From the NCBI GenBank assembly GCA_015233115.1, contig JADFYJ010000015.1, positions 450 through 64,449 of the forward strand: a stretch of DNA of 64,000 nucleotides, read 5' to 3'. A model generated the notes under the pieces. The model was given only the letters and a program-made list of their open reading frames with translations, did not search any database and was not told where the DNA came from. Origin of the DNA: Candidatus Omnitrophota bacterium (GTDB taxonomy: Bacteria > Omnitrophota > Gorgyraeia > Zapsychrales > Zapsychraceae). Position 1 is the first letter of the stretch; every line of letters begins with the position of its first letter. Of the stretch, positions 21,245 through 32,300 are shown piece by piece. The position numbers and the translations under genes were made by a program.

Positions 21245-22714
21245 ATGCTCAAAATTTTACGTCACAAAGGTGTTGCGAAAAAAGTTCTTTGGTTCATTAC
21301 TGTCATCATTATTCTTTCTTTTGGTTTTTTTGGTTCCGCGTTAATTCTTCGAGACAGGAATGAATCTTTAGCCGGAAAAATCTTTCGAAAAAAAATTGAT
21401 ATCACGGAATTCAAGAAGGCGCATAGTGAAGTTCAACTTCAATATAAATTGCAGTACGGAGAAAATTTTGAAAAAGTCCGTAACATGATTAACCTCGAAC
21501 AAGAAACCTGGAACCGTTTGATCCTGTTGCATGAAGCCAAAAAATCTAAAGTGTCTGATCAAGAAGTGATTGCCTATGTTGAAAAACTTCCTTTCTTCCA
21601 AAGAGACGGAAAATTTGACACTCAACTTTACGACATCATCCTTAGCCGCGTTCTGAGTGTTACACCGCGTACATTTGAAGAAACCATCCGCAACAACATT
21701 AAAATTAATAAATTCGTGGACACTCACATCCAGGCGGTTAAAGTGACCGATCAGGAAGCTTCCGACGCGTTCCAACGTAAAAACGGCAAAGTTCAGGTTA
21801 GTTATGTTTTGGTTTCTCCTGACCAATTCAAAAAAGAAACAACTGTTTCTGAAGAAACTATCAAACAATATTACGACAAATACAAACTCGAATTTCTTAT
21901 GCCACCGGCCATCAGCGTTGCTTACGTCAGCATGCCCTATAACACCCAGAACCCAGTCAATAATGACGCCATCCGCACTAAAGCTTATGAACTTTACCAA
22001 GACTTACAACGGTCAAAAGACCTGGAAAAATCAGCCGTAAAGTATCAAGCGGCCGTCAATACTTCCCCATATTTCTCTATGGAAAACGCGGATTTATCTT
22101 TAGGCTGGACCTATGAATTGCTTCAACAGTTATTTACTCTTAACAAAACAGATGCGGTTGAACCCTTTGAAACGGCCAAAGGAATTCAGATTCTGCAAAT
22201 TAAAGATCGTCGTGACGCTTATATCCCAGAACTAAAAGATATAAAAAACAAAGTTCAAGACGCGGTACTGTTAGATGGTGCAAAAGAAATCGCGGCTAAA
22301 AAAGCAGAAGAATATTTAGCCAAGATTAAAGAACAGCAAAGTTTAACCAAATTAGACGATTTCGGCCGCATCGCGAAATCCCTGGGACTTGAGGTCAGCC
22401 AAACTTCGCTATTTAATAGAGAAGAATATTTACCCAAAATTGGCCTATCCAAAAATTTCCAGGAAGCCGCGTTTAGTTTAAATCAAGATAACAAAATCAG
22501 CCCGGTGACCAAAATTTCTATCGGCTATTGCATTCTTCATTTGGATAACGCTCAGCTGGCAGACCAAAAAGAATTTGAGAAAACCAAAGAGACACTTAAA
22601 AAAGAGCTGTCCCAGGAAAAATATTCTCAGTCCTACAATGAGCTGATTACAGATTTACGATCACAAGCTCAGTTGCAAGATTTGGTGAGCCAGAGGAAGG
22701 ATATGTTACGATAA
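21245..22714 (+). CDS. Membrane-anchored periplasmic chaperone of the PpiD/SurA family (parvulin-like PPIase domain)
   Basis: 489 aa. N-terminal TM anchor VLWFITVIIILSFGFFG. SurA-N-like region. C-terminal rotamase-like segment. Confidence 0.6.
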   Translation: MLKILRHKGVAKKVLWFITVIIILSFGFFGSALILRDRNESLAGKIFRKKIDITEFKKAHSEVQLQYKLQYGENFEKVRNMINLEQETWNRLILLHEAKKSKVSDQEVIAYVEKLPFFQRDGKFDTQLYDIILSRVLSVTPRTFEETIRNNIKINKFVDTHIQAVKVTDQEASDAFQRKNGKVQVSYVLVSPDQFKKETTVSEETIKQYYDKYKLEFLMPPAISVAYVSMPYNTQNPVNNDAIRTKAYELYQDLQRSKDLEKSAVKYQAAVNTSPYFSMENADLSLGWTYELLQQLFTLNKTDAVEPFETAKGIQILQIKDRRDAYIPELKDIKNKVQDAVLLDGAKEIAAKKAEEYLAKIKEQQSLTKLDDFGRIAKSLGLEVSQTSLFNREEYLPKIGLSKNFQEAAFSLNQDNKISPVTKISIGYCILHLDNAQLADQKEFEKTKETLKKELSQEKYSQSYNELITDLRSQAQLQDLVSQRKDMLR

Positions 22715-22716
22715 GG

Positions 22717-22745
22717 TTGACATATACACAAAAACCATGTATATT
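22717..22745 (+). promoter_or_regulatory. Sigma70-type promoter with an overlapping palindromic operator, upstream of vapBC
   Basis: TTGACA (22717-22722), 17-nt spacer, TATATT (22740-22745). Inverted repeat tacacaaaa/ttttgtgta spans the spacer and -10. RBS gaaagga 9 nt before the ATG. Confidence 0.55.
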
Positions 22746-22767
22746 TTGTGTATGAAAGGACAAAGCC

Positions 22768-22968
22768 ATGTCGAGAACTAATGTGGATTTAGATGACGGC
22801 CTTTTACATCATGCTTTAACGCTGACCCATTTACCCACCAAAAAAGCCGTGGTAAATTTAGCTTTGACCGAATTGGTCAAACGCCTCAAACGCCGCGATA
22901 TTATAAAGTTTATGGGTTCAGGCGCTTGGGAAGGAGATTTGCATCATTTAAGAGGAGCCAGAGTTTGA
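22768..22968 (+). CDS. vapB: Type II antitoxin, VapB family
   Basis: 66 aa. MSRTNVDLDDGLLHHALTLTHLPTKKAVVNLALTELVKRLKRR matches the VapB/DUF2191-type antitoxin pattern. Confidence 0.75.
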   Translation: MSRTNVDLDDGLLHHALTLTHLPTKKAVVNLALTELVKRLKRRDIIKFMGSGAWEGDLHHLRGARV

Positions 22969-23384
22969 TCTTAGTTGATACCTCTGTTTGGATTGATTTT
23001 ATTAATCATACTACTTCCGAATCTGCCCATATTTTACGTCGGCTGATTGAATCCGACGCAGAAATATGCCTGGCAGATATCCATTTAACCGAAATTTTGC
23101 AAGGTATCAAGCCAGAAAAAACTTTCATTGAACTAAAAAAATATCTATTGATGTTCCCGGTCTTGAGACCGCAAGGGATTGAGACCTATGTTTTTGCCGC
23201 CCAAATTTCTCGCCTATGCAGCCAAAAAGGAAACCCCATGGTTAAAACTGTTGATACGCTTATCGCGACTATTGCTATTGAAACAGGGGCAGAATTACTG
23301 CACAAGGATAAAGATTTTGATGTAATCGCGAAGCACTTGCCGCTGAAGATTTTTAAAGTCCCAACAACATCCGCAAATTCGTAA
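22965..23384 (+). CDS. vapC: Type II toxin, PIN-domain VapC
   Basis: TTG start, overlapping the vapB stop as TTGA. LILVDTSVWIDF with a conserved Asp. 139 aa. Its 3' end overlaps the 3' end of the convergent giant ORF by 32 nt. Confidence 0.75.
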   Translation: MILVDTSVWIDFINHTTSESAHILRRLIESDAEICLADIHLTEILQGIKPEKTFIELKKYLLMFPVLRPQGIETYVFAAQISRLCSQKGNPMVKTVDTLIATIAIETGAELLHKDKDFDVIAKHLPLKIFKVPTTSANS

Positions 23385-26300
23385 CCGGAACTACGTCGAT
23401 AATGACCGGCACAAAGCCGTTAATATTTTTCAATTGTTCGATCATAGCAGGATCTGTCTTAATCTCAAATCCCCGACCTTCCTGATCAACGTCCACCTTT
23501 AAATGAGCGGCATTTAAATCGATACCGCCGTCTTTGGGAGCAGGATTCGTTATTTGCGCTTGATCGCCTTTCGCCTTTTCAGAATGAGCAAAGTCTGACA
23601 TACGGAACTTTTCCGCCAGCCCATTTCGGTAGACCTGTAAAAGCTCTTCTATATTTTTTTTCAATTCTCTTTCCAACCGCAAAATTTCTTCCTCATAACT
23701 GAACTGTAATTCCCTAATCATTTCGGTTGCATAGAAAAACTCGTCAACCCATTTGTATATAATGTCTCTTTCCTTTTTTAAATCACCGATTTTTTGTTTA
23801 ATTTTTTTTTCCTTACTTTTAAATTTAGCAATTACAAAATCGTCAGCGAATAAATTTCTATTAGTAAGAACCTCCGCTTTTTCTAAATCAGAAAAGGGCG
23901 AATTTAGAATAGCTTCCACCATTTCCGGATTATTTAATATCAGATCACGGATATTCCCCACACTTGAATGGACAAACCCAATGGCTTGCCTCAATTTATT
24001 TAACGATTCCATGTTTTTACTCGTCCTCGTGAAATGAACAAATTTCTCAAGAAACCTTCTTCCGCCGGGGTCTTCTTTTAAAATTGATATCACATTTTGA
24101 AACACCACCCTATAAACTCCAGTATATTGTGATGGTTCTTCCGTTAATAAATCATCGTACCCCGCGATCAACCATACTCCTTCCCCAACAATTTTATCCT
24201 GCAATTCTTTTGTCACTATTTCTTGGGACACTCCCCTGGTAATAATGGTTTTACGATTTTCCACTAAGGATATAACCTGGCCCAGTTTTCCAAATGGCGA
24301 TAATCCTACGGCGCCTGCAGCGCCTCCTATTAATTTCAAAAATCCCCGGCGGGATTCGGAGTAAGCCTCTGGAATTTCGTTCTCTGTATCTTTTGCCTGA
24401 GACGTCATTTCCTGAATCATTAGAGCGATCAGCCCTTCGCGGCTATTCACTATATTGTTATTGTTCGCCAAGATTTTTCCATCTTGAATCATATGGATGA
24501 TTTCTTCCATGATTTGATCCCGCTGGGAATGCTGCAGGACGGAAGACTTTAAACTGTCAACAGCGACGGCGGTTAAAGAAAACGGCTCTTCAATGCCGCC
24601 AAATATTTTCATTTGAACGGCGTTCCATTTCATTCGCATACGGGTAACCAGATCCGGATTCAATATTTTCTCCCACGCCTGATCAGCTAGTTGCATTAAT
24701 AGCTGATGGGCGGGATTGTCCAGCATGGCCGCATCGTTTCGTCTGTGTGAGAGAGCTTGATCCTTTTGCTCCTTCCCCAAACGTAATATTTCCTTTTCAA
24801 TATCTCTAATTATATCTTCCGCTTGCACTATAAAACTCTCATCCCGCACGCGATCGTTTCCTATATTATGGGTTAATTTTTCATGGAAATCCATCATTTC
24901 ACTTAACCCAACTTCCAATTTTACCTGAATGAGAAACTCGAAAGCAGATCTTAAATGATGAAATACAATACGGCGGTCATGAAAAGACTGGAGTGTCAAA
25001 AAGCTAATTTTATTACAAATTGCATCTAGTGAATCGCGATCAACATGAATTATGTGCTTCATGGTGTGTGCGATATCATCGCGCTGTAACAAATTTGCTT
25101 TCTTAAATTTCTTAGTTATTTCCAGGACTGATTGCATTTGCTTTAAATCATTTTCCAACTGCAAAATTTCCCCACTATAAGCGTTAAGAACATCCTCAGT
25201 AGTTTTTGTTCTATAAAAAAATCTCTCGATCCATTTATAAAAAATTTCTCTTTCCGCATTTAATCCAACGATTTTTTGTTGTATTTTCACAATATTTTTT
25301 TCTAATTCCGGAATAGAATCTTCATTTTCCGGAGACTCAGTTTTAACATCAAACAAATCCAGCAATGTTTGTCTTTTTCCATCATTAGATATCGGCAAAT
25401 TCATGACAGAAGACAAAACCTCAGGCGGCGTATTTTCCATTTCTATGATAAATTGAAGAAGGATATTCCTTATGGGTTCCAATTTACCCAGTAAACCTTC
25501 TAAATATTCTATGGAATAATTTCCCAAAAAACTATTCAGATCATTTGTGGATAAAACGTCTGATATTTCTTCTGTATCCAGAGGTTGATTTGTTAATACC
25601 CTATATACAGCTGTTGGAATCCTCAATCTTACCTCGCCAACTAAAACAGGTTGCATTCCAGGCAGATTGTTCTTCCATAAAAAACTGCTATAACGTTGTT
25701 CCACTTGGGTGACCAGACTGTAAATTTTAAAATATAAATCTTGCTTTTTTTCTTGAGCTTGAAATAGCCCATCTACGACAACAGAAGACGGACCCCCAGC
25801 CATTTTCATAATACCAGTTAATTCTTTAGGCATCATCCGTGTACCAGCCGCTGCCACAGCGACAGTTTTCATAAATTCCCGGCGGGACATTCCCGCTTTT
25901 CCGTCCCGTTGATCTTTCCTGTCTTCTGTAACCATTAAATCAAGTAGACCGATTCCTCCATTCATAAACCCATTTTTCCCTGCCCCAATCTCTCCAGATA
26001 ATTTCATGCACTCGATTTCACGCCTCAATACATCTTTCAGTGGATGATTTTCAACGGCTTGGCGCATCTTTTCAGCGGCCATAGCTTTCATCGGTAAAGG
26101 CTGTTTCATATGATCAAACAACATCTTCAATCTTTTTAACCAGGAAGGATTCAATATTTCAGAAGAAATCTTCTCCGCCAGTTGCATTAATATTTGACGA
26201 TTCAGACTATTTTGTTCCAAAGCATACAATTGAGGATGTTCGGGATTATTCAACATTGCCGCGTCGTGATTTTTTCCGCTAACATTATGTGGCCATTTGT

Positions 26301-29300
26301 CAACGCGCGCCTTATTGAATAATCCTAAAATAAATTCAAGATTTTTAAGTTCTTTTTCCAACTGAAAAATCTTTTCATCGTAATTTAATACCCATTTAGT
26401 ATTAATTTCTGTTACGTAAAAAAATTCGTCTAACCATTTAAATATAATGTCTCTCTCTTTGTTTAACTTTGCAATGTTTTCTCGGGTTTCGCTGATCTTA
26501 CTTTTCAAATCTGTCATTGTTTTGGGCTCTAAAAATCCATTAGCATGACCATAATCTAAAAGGATTTTTTGTTTTTGATCTAGAGTAAAATCCGATAAAT
26601 CACGAAGAGTTGAGAACATAGAAGGGTTATTTTCGAGGACACGAAAAAAATTAGCCAAGATGTGATTGGCGGGTTCCAAATCCCCAACTGCTTTTTTTAA
26701 AAATATTGTTGATATTTCATCAGCATGCGGCCGACGGATAAACATTTCAATCACTTCTTTTGGTGTTAGATCTTTTACTGGACCAGCTAACATTTCCAAT
26801 ACAAGATCGTTCCTTTCAGTAGCACCGTAGATAACATTATACGTTTTGGTTATACCCTCCTGAACCAAGTCCACATGCTCTGTGATTTTGGTAAACAATC
26901 GCAAACGTAACAATTCTTGATCCGGCATGGCTACAGTAACCGGGCGCTCTGCCAACTTCATGGCATCTTTCAAACCCTCAGGCAAAAATCCCACCGACAT
27001 GGCGGCAGCAACGGATATTTTAAAAAATTCCCGCCGCTCTATACCCGACTCCAAATCTTCTTTGATCATAGAATCTATTAACCCGCTTCCACCGGTCAAA
27101 AGCGTTTCATTACCAGTTCCATTCTTTCTCATTTGCTTCATCCGCTCGATTTCCTGAATTAACACGTCTCTTTGAGGATGAATGTGAATTGTCTTGCGCA
27201 GATTAGCTGCCGCAAAAGATTCTATGCTAATGGGTTCTTTCAGATATGCAATCGCCCTGCGCAACCTGCCCATCCACCCAGGATTCAAGATTTGTTTCCA
27301 TTCCTGATCTGCCAGTTGCATTAATATTTCACGGGTGGAATTGTTTTGATCGCCTATGCTCAATTGAGAATTTTCCAGCATCGCCGCGTCTGACTTTTCA
27401 CCGCTTAGTTTCAATAGCCAATTCTCTGCGCGCGATTTGTTGAATGCGCCTAAAACAAATTTGAGTTGTTGTAAATTAAATTCTAATTGCAAGATTTCAT
27501 TGTCATAGCTCAGATACGCTTCCTCCGTCAAATTTAAGTAGAAAAATCCGTCCACCCATTTGTGTACAATCTCTCTTTCCTTCTTTAGCTCAATGATCTT
27601 TTGTTTGGTCTCAGTGATCATTGCTTCTATTTTAGGTATTGTTTTCGGTTGAAAATATTTGGTTTTTGCTGCATGCAAATCCATAAGCATTTGTTTTTTG
27701 TCTGTTTCTGAAAAGCTAGGAAGCTCCAATATGTCCCAAGCTGCCTCAAGGTTTTCGGCCATCGTAGAAATATAATCAGCAACAAGTTGAATTTTAAGAT
27801 TTCCTTCAGAAAGTAAGTGTTTATAGTAAGACAAATCACGCGGAAAATTTACGCGTTCATAATTGTTTGGCAATGTTATACTATCCATTTGCAGATGGGC
27901 AAACTGAGGAATAATGATCCCATCTGGATGAAAAGACGGATTAATATGAAAAACATGAAGTCTCAGCGCATTCATCCTTTCATCCAGCTGATGAACTAAT
28001 TGCCATTTTTTCCACCAAGTACTTGACGGGTATTGTGTATCGCCTTTATCCCCTACAGGAATAGAAATTGTTGCGTTCTCAACCATACTCATGACACTTT
28101 TAATGCCGATTGGCATAATACCCATAGCACTGGCCGTACCGCCGGCTAATTTTAAAAATCCACGACGAGACAATTCTATTAAATCCTGCTTTTTAAAGTC
28201 TTCCTGAACCATAAAATCCAACAAGCCTTTTCCGCCAGTTAATAGACGATTATTTCCTGTACCAATATCACCCATATGAATCATCAGCGCAATTTCCTGA
28301 ATTATCTCATCTTTTTGCGGATGTTCATTTATCGCCTGACGCAGTTGAGCAGCCGCAAAAGACTCCATGGTAATTGGTTCTTTTAAAAAAGCAATCGCCC
28401 TGCGCAGTTTGCCCATCCACCCCGGGTTCAATATTTGTTTCCATTCCTGATCCGCCAGCTGTATTAATATTTGACGGGCAGGATTATTTTGATCTACGGA
28501 AGTCAACTGAGAATTTTGCATCATGGCTAAATCAGGTTGTGAATCGCCGTTGTCAGCCGTCATATCTTTCCCGAATTTAAATTTTAAACTCTCCCAAAAA
28601 CTAATAAAATAAAAGACTTCAGGATCATATAATGACTTCTTAGTGATCATACTTGAAGCGCCGGCTTCAATACCACTTATTATAAACCGTAGATCATTGC
28701 CCCGAAGATCATCGCTGTTTTCCCAAATTTGCACCAAAAATCTTTGTTCGGGAGCTGATAATTGTTCTATTTTTTCCAATAAAGCTGTGGCTTGATATGA
28801 TATTTTGTTATTGAATCCCGAATGTGGATATAACGGAAGCTTCATTGGGGTTCCATCTTTGATTTTTTTTAAAAATTTCAGTATTTCCAGATTTTTCTCC
28901 GGAACCCGCAGGTCTGCAACAATCGTATTGACAAGCATCACGAGTTTCTGATCATTAAGCTCCTGGCCAGACAAAGATTCAATCCGTGACGAAACAGCAT
29001 TCATGACCCAAAACACCGGACCCTTTACATCACCCGGAATTCCCAGCATAAACCGATGTTTGCCTTTAAGATCATAAAATAGTACATAATATTTATAATT
29101 GGCCTCTTCCCGGCTGTTAAGAATTTTTCGTTGAAGGTCTTTATCGTCTTTTATATTTTGAAAAAGCGTCACAACTTCGGGGTCCATGCGGTCCAAGTTG
29201 TTTCTGATCTGGCGATTTCGCATCACATCGTCGATAATCTGGCGGGACTCATCAGAACAACGGAAATACATAAAAGCGGTTTTATTACGGACACCTTCCT

Positions 29301-32300
29301 GAGCATCAACTTTCCTTTGTCCTGAAAGAGTTTGCTGTAAAACAAGCTCAAAGCCCTCATCTTCAAAATAACTGATTGCATCCGCGTCACGAACCATGTC
29401 AATATCTTCTTGTCCCCCCGCTTCATGATTCACAATAACCCGGTAAACCCGGCTGATAAGATTATCAGAGGCTCCGGCTTTTTTTAACAGTCCGACCGCT
29501 ATTTTTGCAGACACCATACTATGTGCTTTTTTATACTGATCGTAATAATGCTCTCCCAATGCTTTTTCATAATCTTTTTTGTTCACTTCAAAATGAGGAA
29601 ACGCGCGGTCTATGTCATGAAGCATTCCGGCTATACGCAAATACGCCGGTGCTTGTCTACCATAACGAAGTTGATAAATCTGCGCTGCGTAGTTGCCAGT
29701 GTTCAACAAATGCGGATCCAAACCTGGCAGGGGTTTGTCTCGATATTCGTTTTGGCGCAAATTTCTGATAATTTTTTGTAAAATTCCCGTTACTTTCTGA
29801 ACATAAATTTCTTCTTTGGAATCATATTCACCAAAAATATTTTCATTAGGTTTAACCCAAAATACAGGATTCAATCCGACTTCTACCAATAAACCAATGT
29901 TAGGGAATTTCTTCTGAACCATAGCGCTGTCCGTTGGTGTATTATTCATTAAATCATCAGAACCTCTATCATTCAAATCCGTTTTCATAGCCGCGTCGGC
30001 TAGAGAAGGCTGATATTTATCCAACGATGCTCCAAACGTAGCTTCACCAGCTTTAGGCGCATGATAAACTCGACCGGAAGGGCCTTGCCAAACAAAATAA
30101 TTTCCATTACTAAGTATTTGACTGGCTTGACGGCCAATTTTAAAAAACACCATTTTATATTTTGAATCTTCCTGTGAATTTGCTAAAAGCGCCGCGTCAT
30201 CATACTTAGCTCTGAGGTTGTTAATTGTTTCCCCGTTTTCACCGATGTGACTTTGCAACGCATGGGTTTCATCTTTTTGATGCAATAGATACAATGTTCT
30301 TAAAAAGAAGGATAAAAACAAATGTTCAGCATAATTTCTGTCATTTTTTTTAAACTTGCCATCGTTGTGAAAAAATACCGGATTTAAATATTTATCCAAA
30401 CTCGCTTCATACAAATCATGCACGTAAGGAGTCAGACTGCGAATATCTACTACGGCAGTTGAAACAGGAAGATCGCTGTGAATCTCAGGTGAAAAACGTT
30501 TGAAGGCTTCCGCAATAATGGAACCCGATTGATGCTCTTTTTGCTGATTCAAAAAATCCGCATACATTTGAAATATCACGTTTCCTTGCATTGCTTCATA
30601 AAAGTATGGATCAAGGCTTTTCAGTATTTCAAAGACGTCGTCCGCAGTCATGCGAGCATAAAATTTATTTTGGTTCACGGCCATGTCATAAAAAGGTTTC
30701 AACAAAACCACAGCAGGCAGAAAATCTTCATAAGTCTCAAGCCTGGGTTCAGGTTCACCCTGCCATTTTCCTGCATTAAATCCTTGATAATAAGTCAGCT
30801 TATTAAACCTCTCACCCTGAAGGCCCATGTCGCGTTCAAGAAGTTTGTATAACTTGATGCGGATTCGGTCATGCATCTTTAAAATTTCATTATCTTCTTC
30901 TTTTCCAAAGGTTAAAGCTGGCGTTTTCATCAAAACATTCATATACCAGCGGACAAAATAATTACGAATTCTTTGTGGCGCATCTACATACACATCGCTA
31001 TAGCGAACACCCCAATGATGGCCTAAATCAACATCCGATAAATCATAATTATCGTAAACTCCCGTATCAAGCAAATCCGCGGCGCCATTCGGGTCACCGT
31101 CGATAAAACCAGTTAAAATCCAGTCTAATAATTGAGAGTCATTTGTAGATATAGCCGTATTCAACAATAAGCGACAAAGTGCTCTTCTCTGTTGCATGTT
31201 CGATTGACGCGCCGGAGATTTGATGAATCCGTAAACTTTACGTTTTTCTTCAATATCACTCTTCGCCCAAATACTCATGACGTATATTTTTAAAAATTCT
31301 TGGGCTTCTTTCTCCGACAGTAAGCTTAAAGATTCCATGATCGTGCGTTCACAGTCCTTATTGCCTGCTTTCCGAGACAAAGCCCTCAACTCTTCCAGTT
31401 TATCTTCTCGATGCAATTCACCCACGAAAGAAATCCATAATTTTAAAATTTTTCCGTTTTTTTCGTTTTGATTAAATATATATTTTTCAACAAAAGAGTT
31501 AATTTTTACTCTTTGTTCTGATGTCAACGCGAACTCTCCTTCTAGTTTAAGCACGCTTAATAAATAATTGCCAATAGTATTGAGTTTTACTTCATTTAAT
31601 CCTGATGATTCCATAATGGTAATTTGTTTCCACACTTCCTCAAAAAATCGCGGATCCCCGACTTCTATAAAATATTTAAACGCCTCAACAAAATGAGGAG
31701 ATTTTTTGTCTAAAAATTTTAAAGCTGAAGGCTGGCCAACCGGACTCTGATAAGCAATCAGAATTGAAAAGATATTCTGTAGCGTTTGCGATTTAGAATC
31801 GTCCTGAAAGTCAATATTAATTAAATGTTTAACCAGCAAGTCAATGAGTTCATCTCTTCGATATTCTCGGCGCAAATCGTATTTATCTGAACCTTCTCTA
31901 TCCTGATGCGTCATAAATTCGTTAAAAAAATATGCCACATCCAAAGGCGTTGTTTTAAATAACTGGATAGCGGTATCAATATAATCGACGGTTAAGCGAG
32001 GATCTGTAGAATATTCTATGTAGATACCTTGGACACCAAACTGAAATAAATTCTGGGCTACACGAAAATTCTTTTCCTCTCTTATCATTTTCAAAAGTCT
32101 CTTCGCTATTTTATCGTTTTTGCAAAGTTCGCTAAAAATACCTGAAATTCTTAAAAGCAGCCTTTCATTATGAAATATCAAATTATCATCCGTATCTGCT
32201 AGACCGCAAATGTATCGAAGATTTTCAAAAAAGAATTCTATCGTTGGCTCATCATCTATTTTCCATAAAGAGTTTCTTTCAACTCCGAGATACTCCATGA

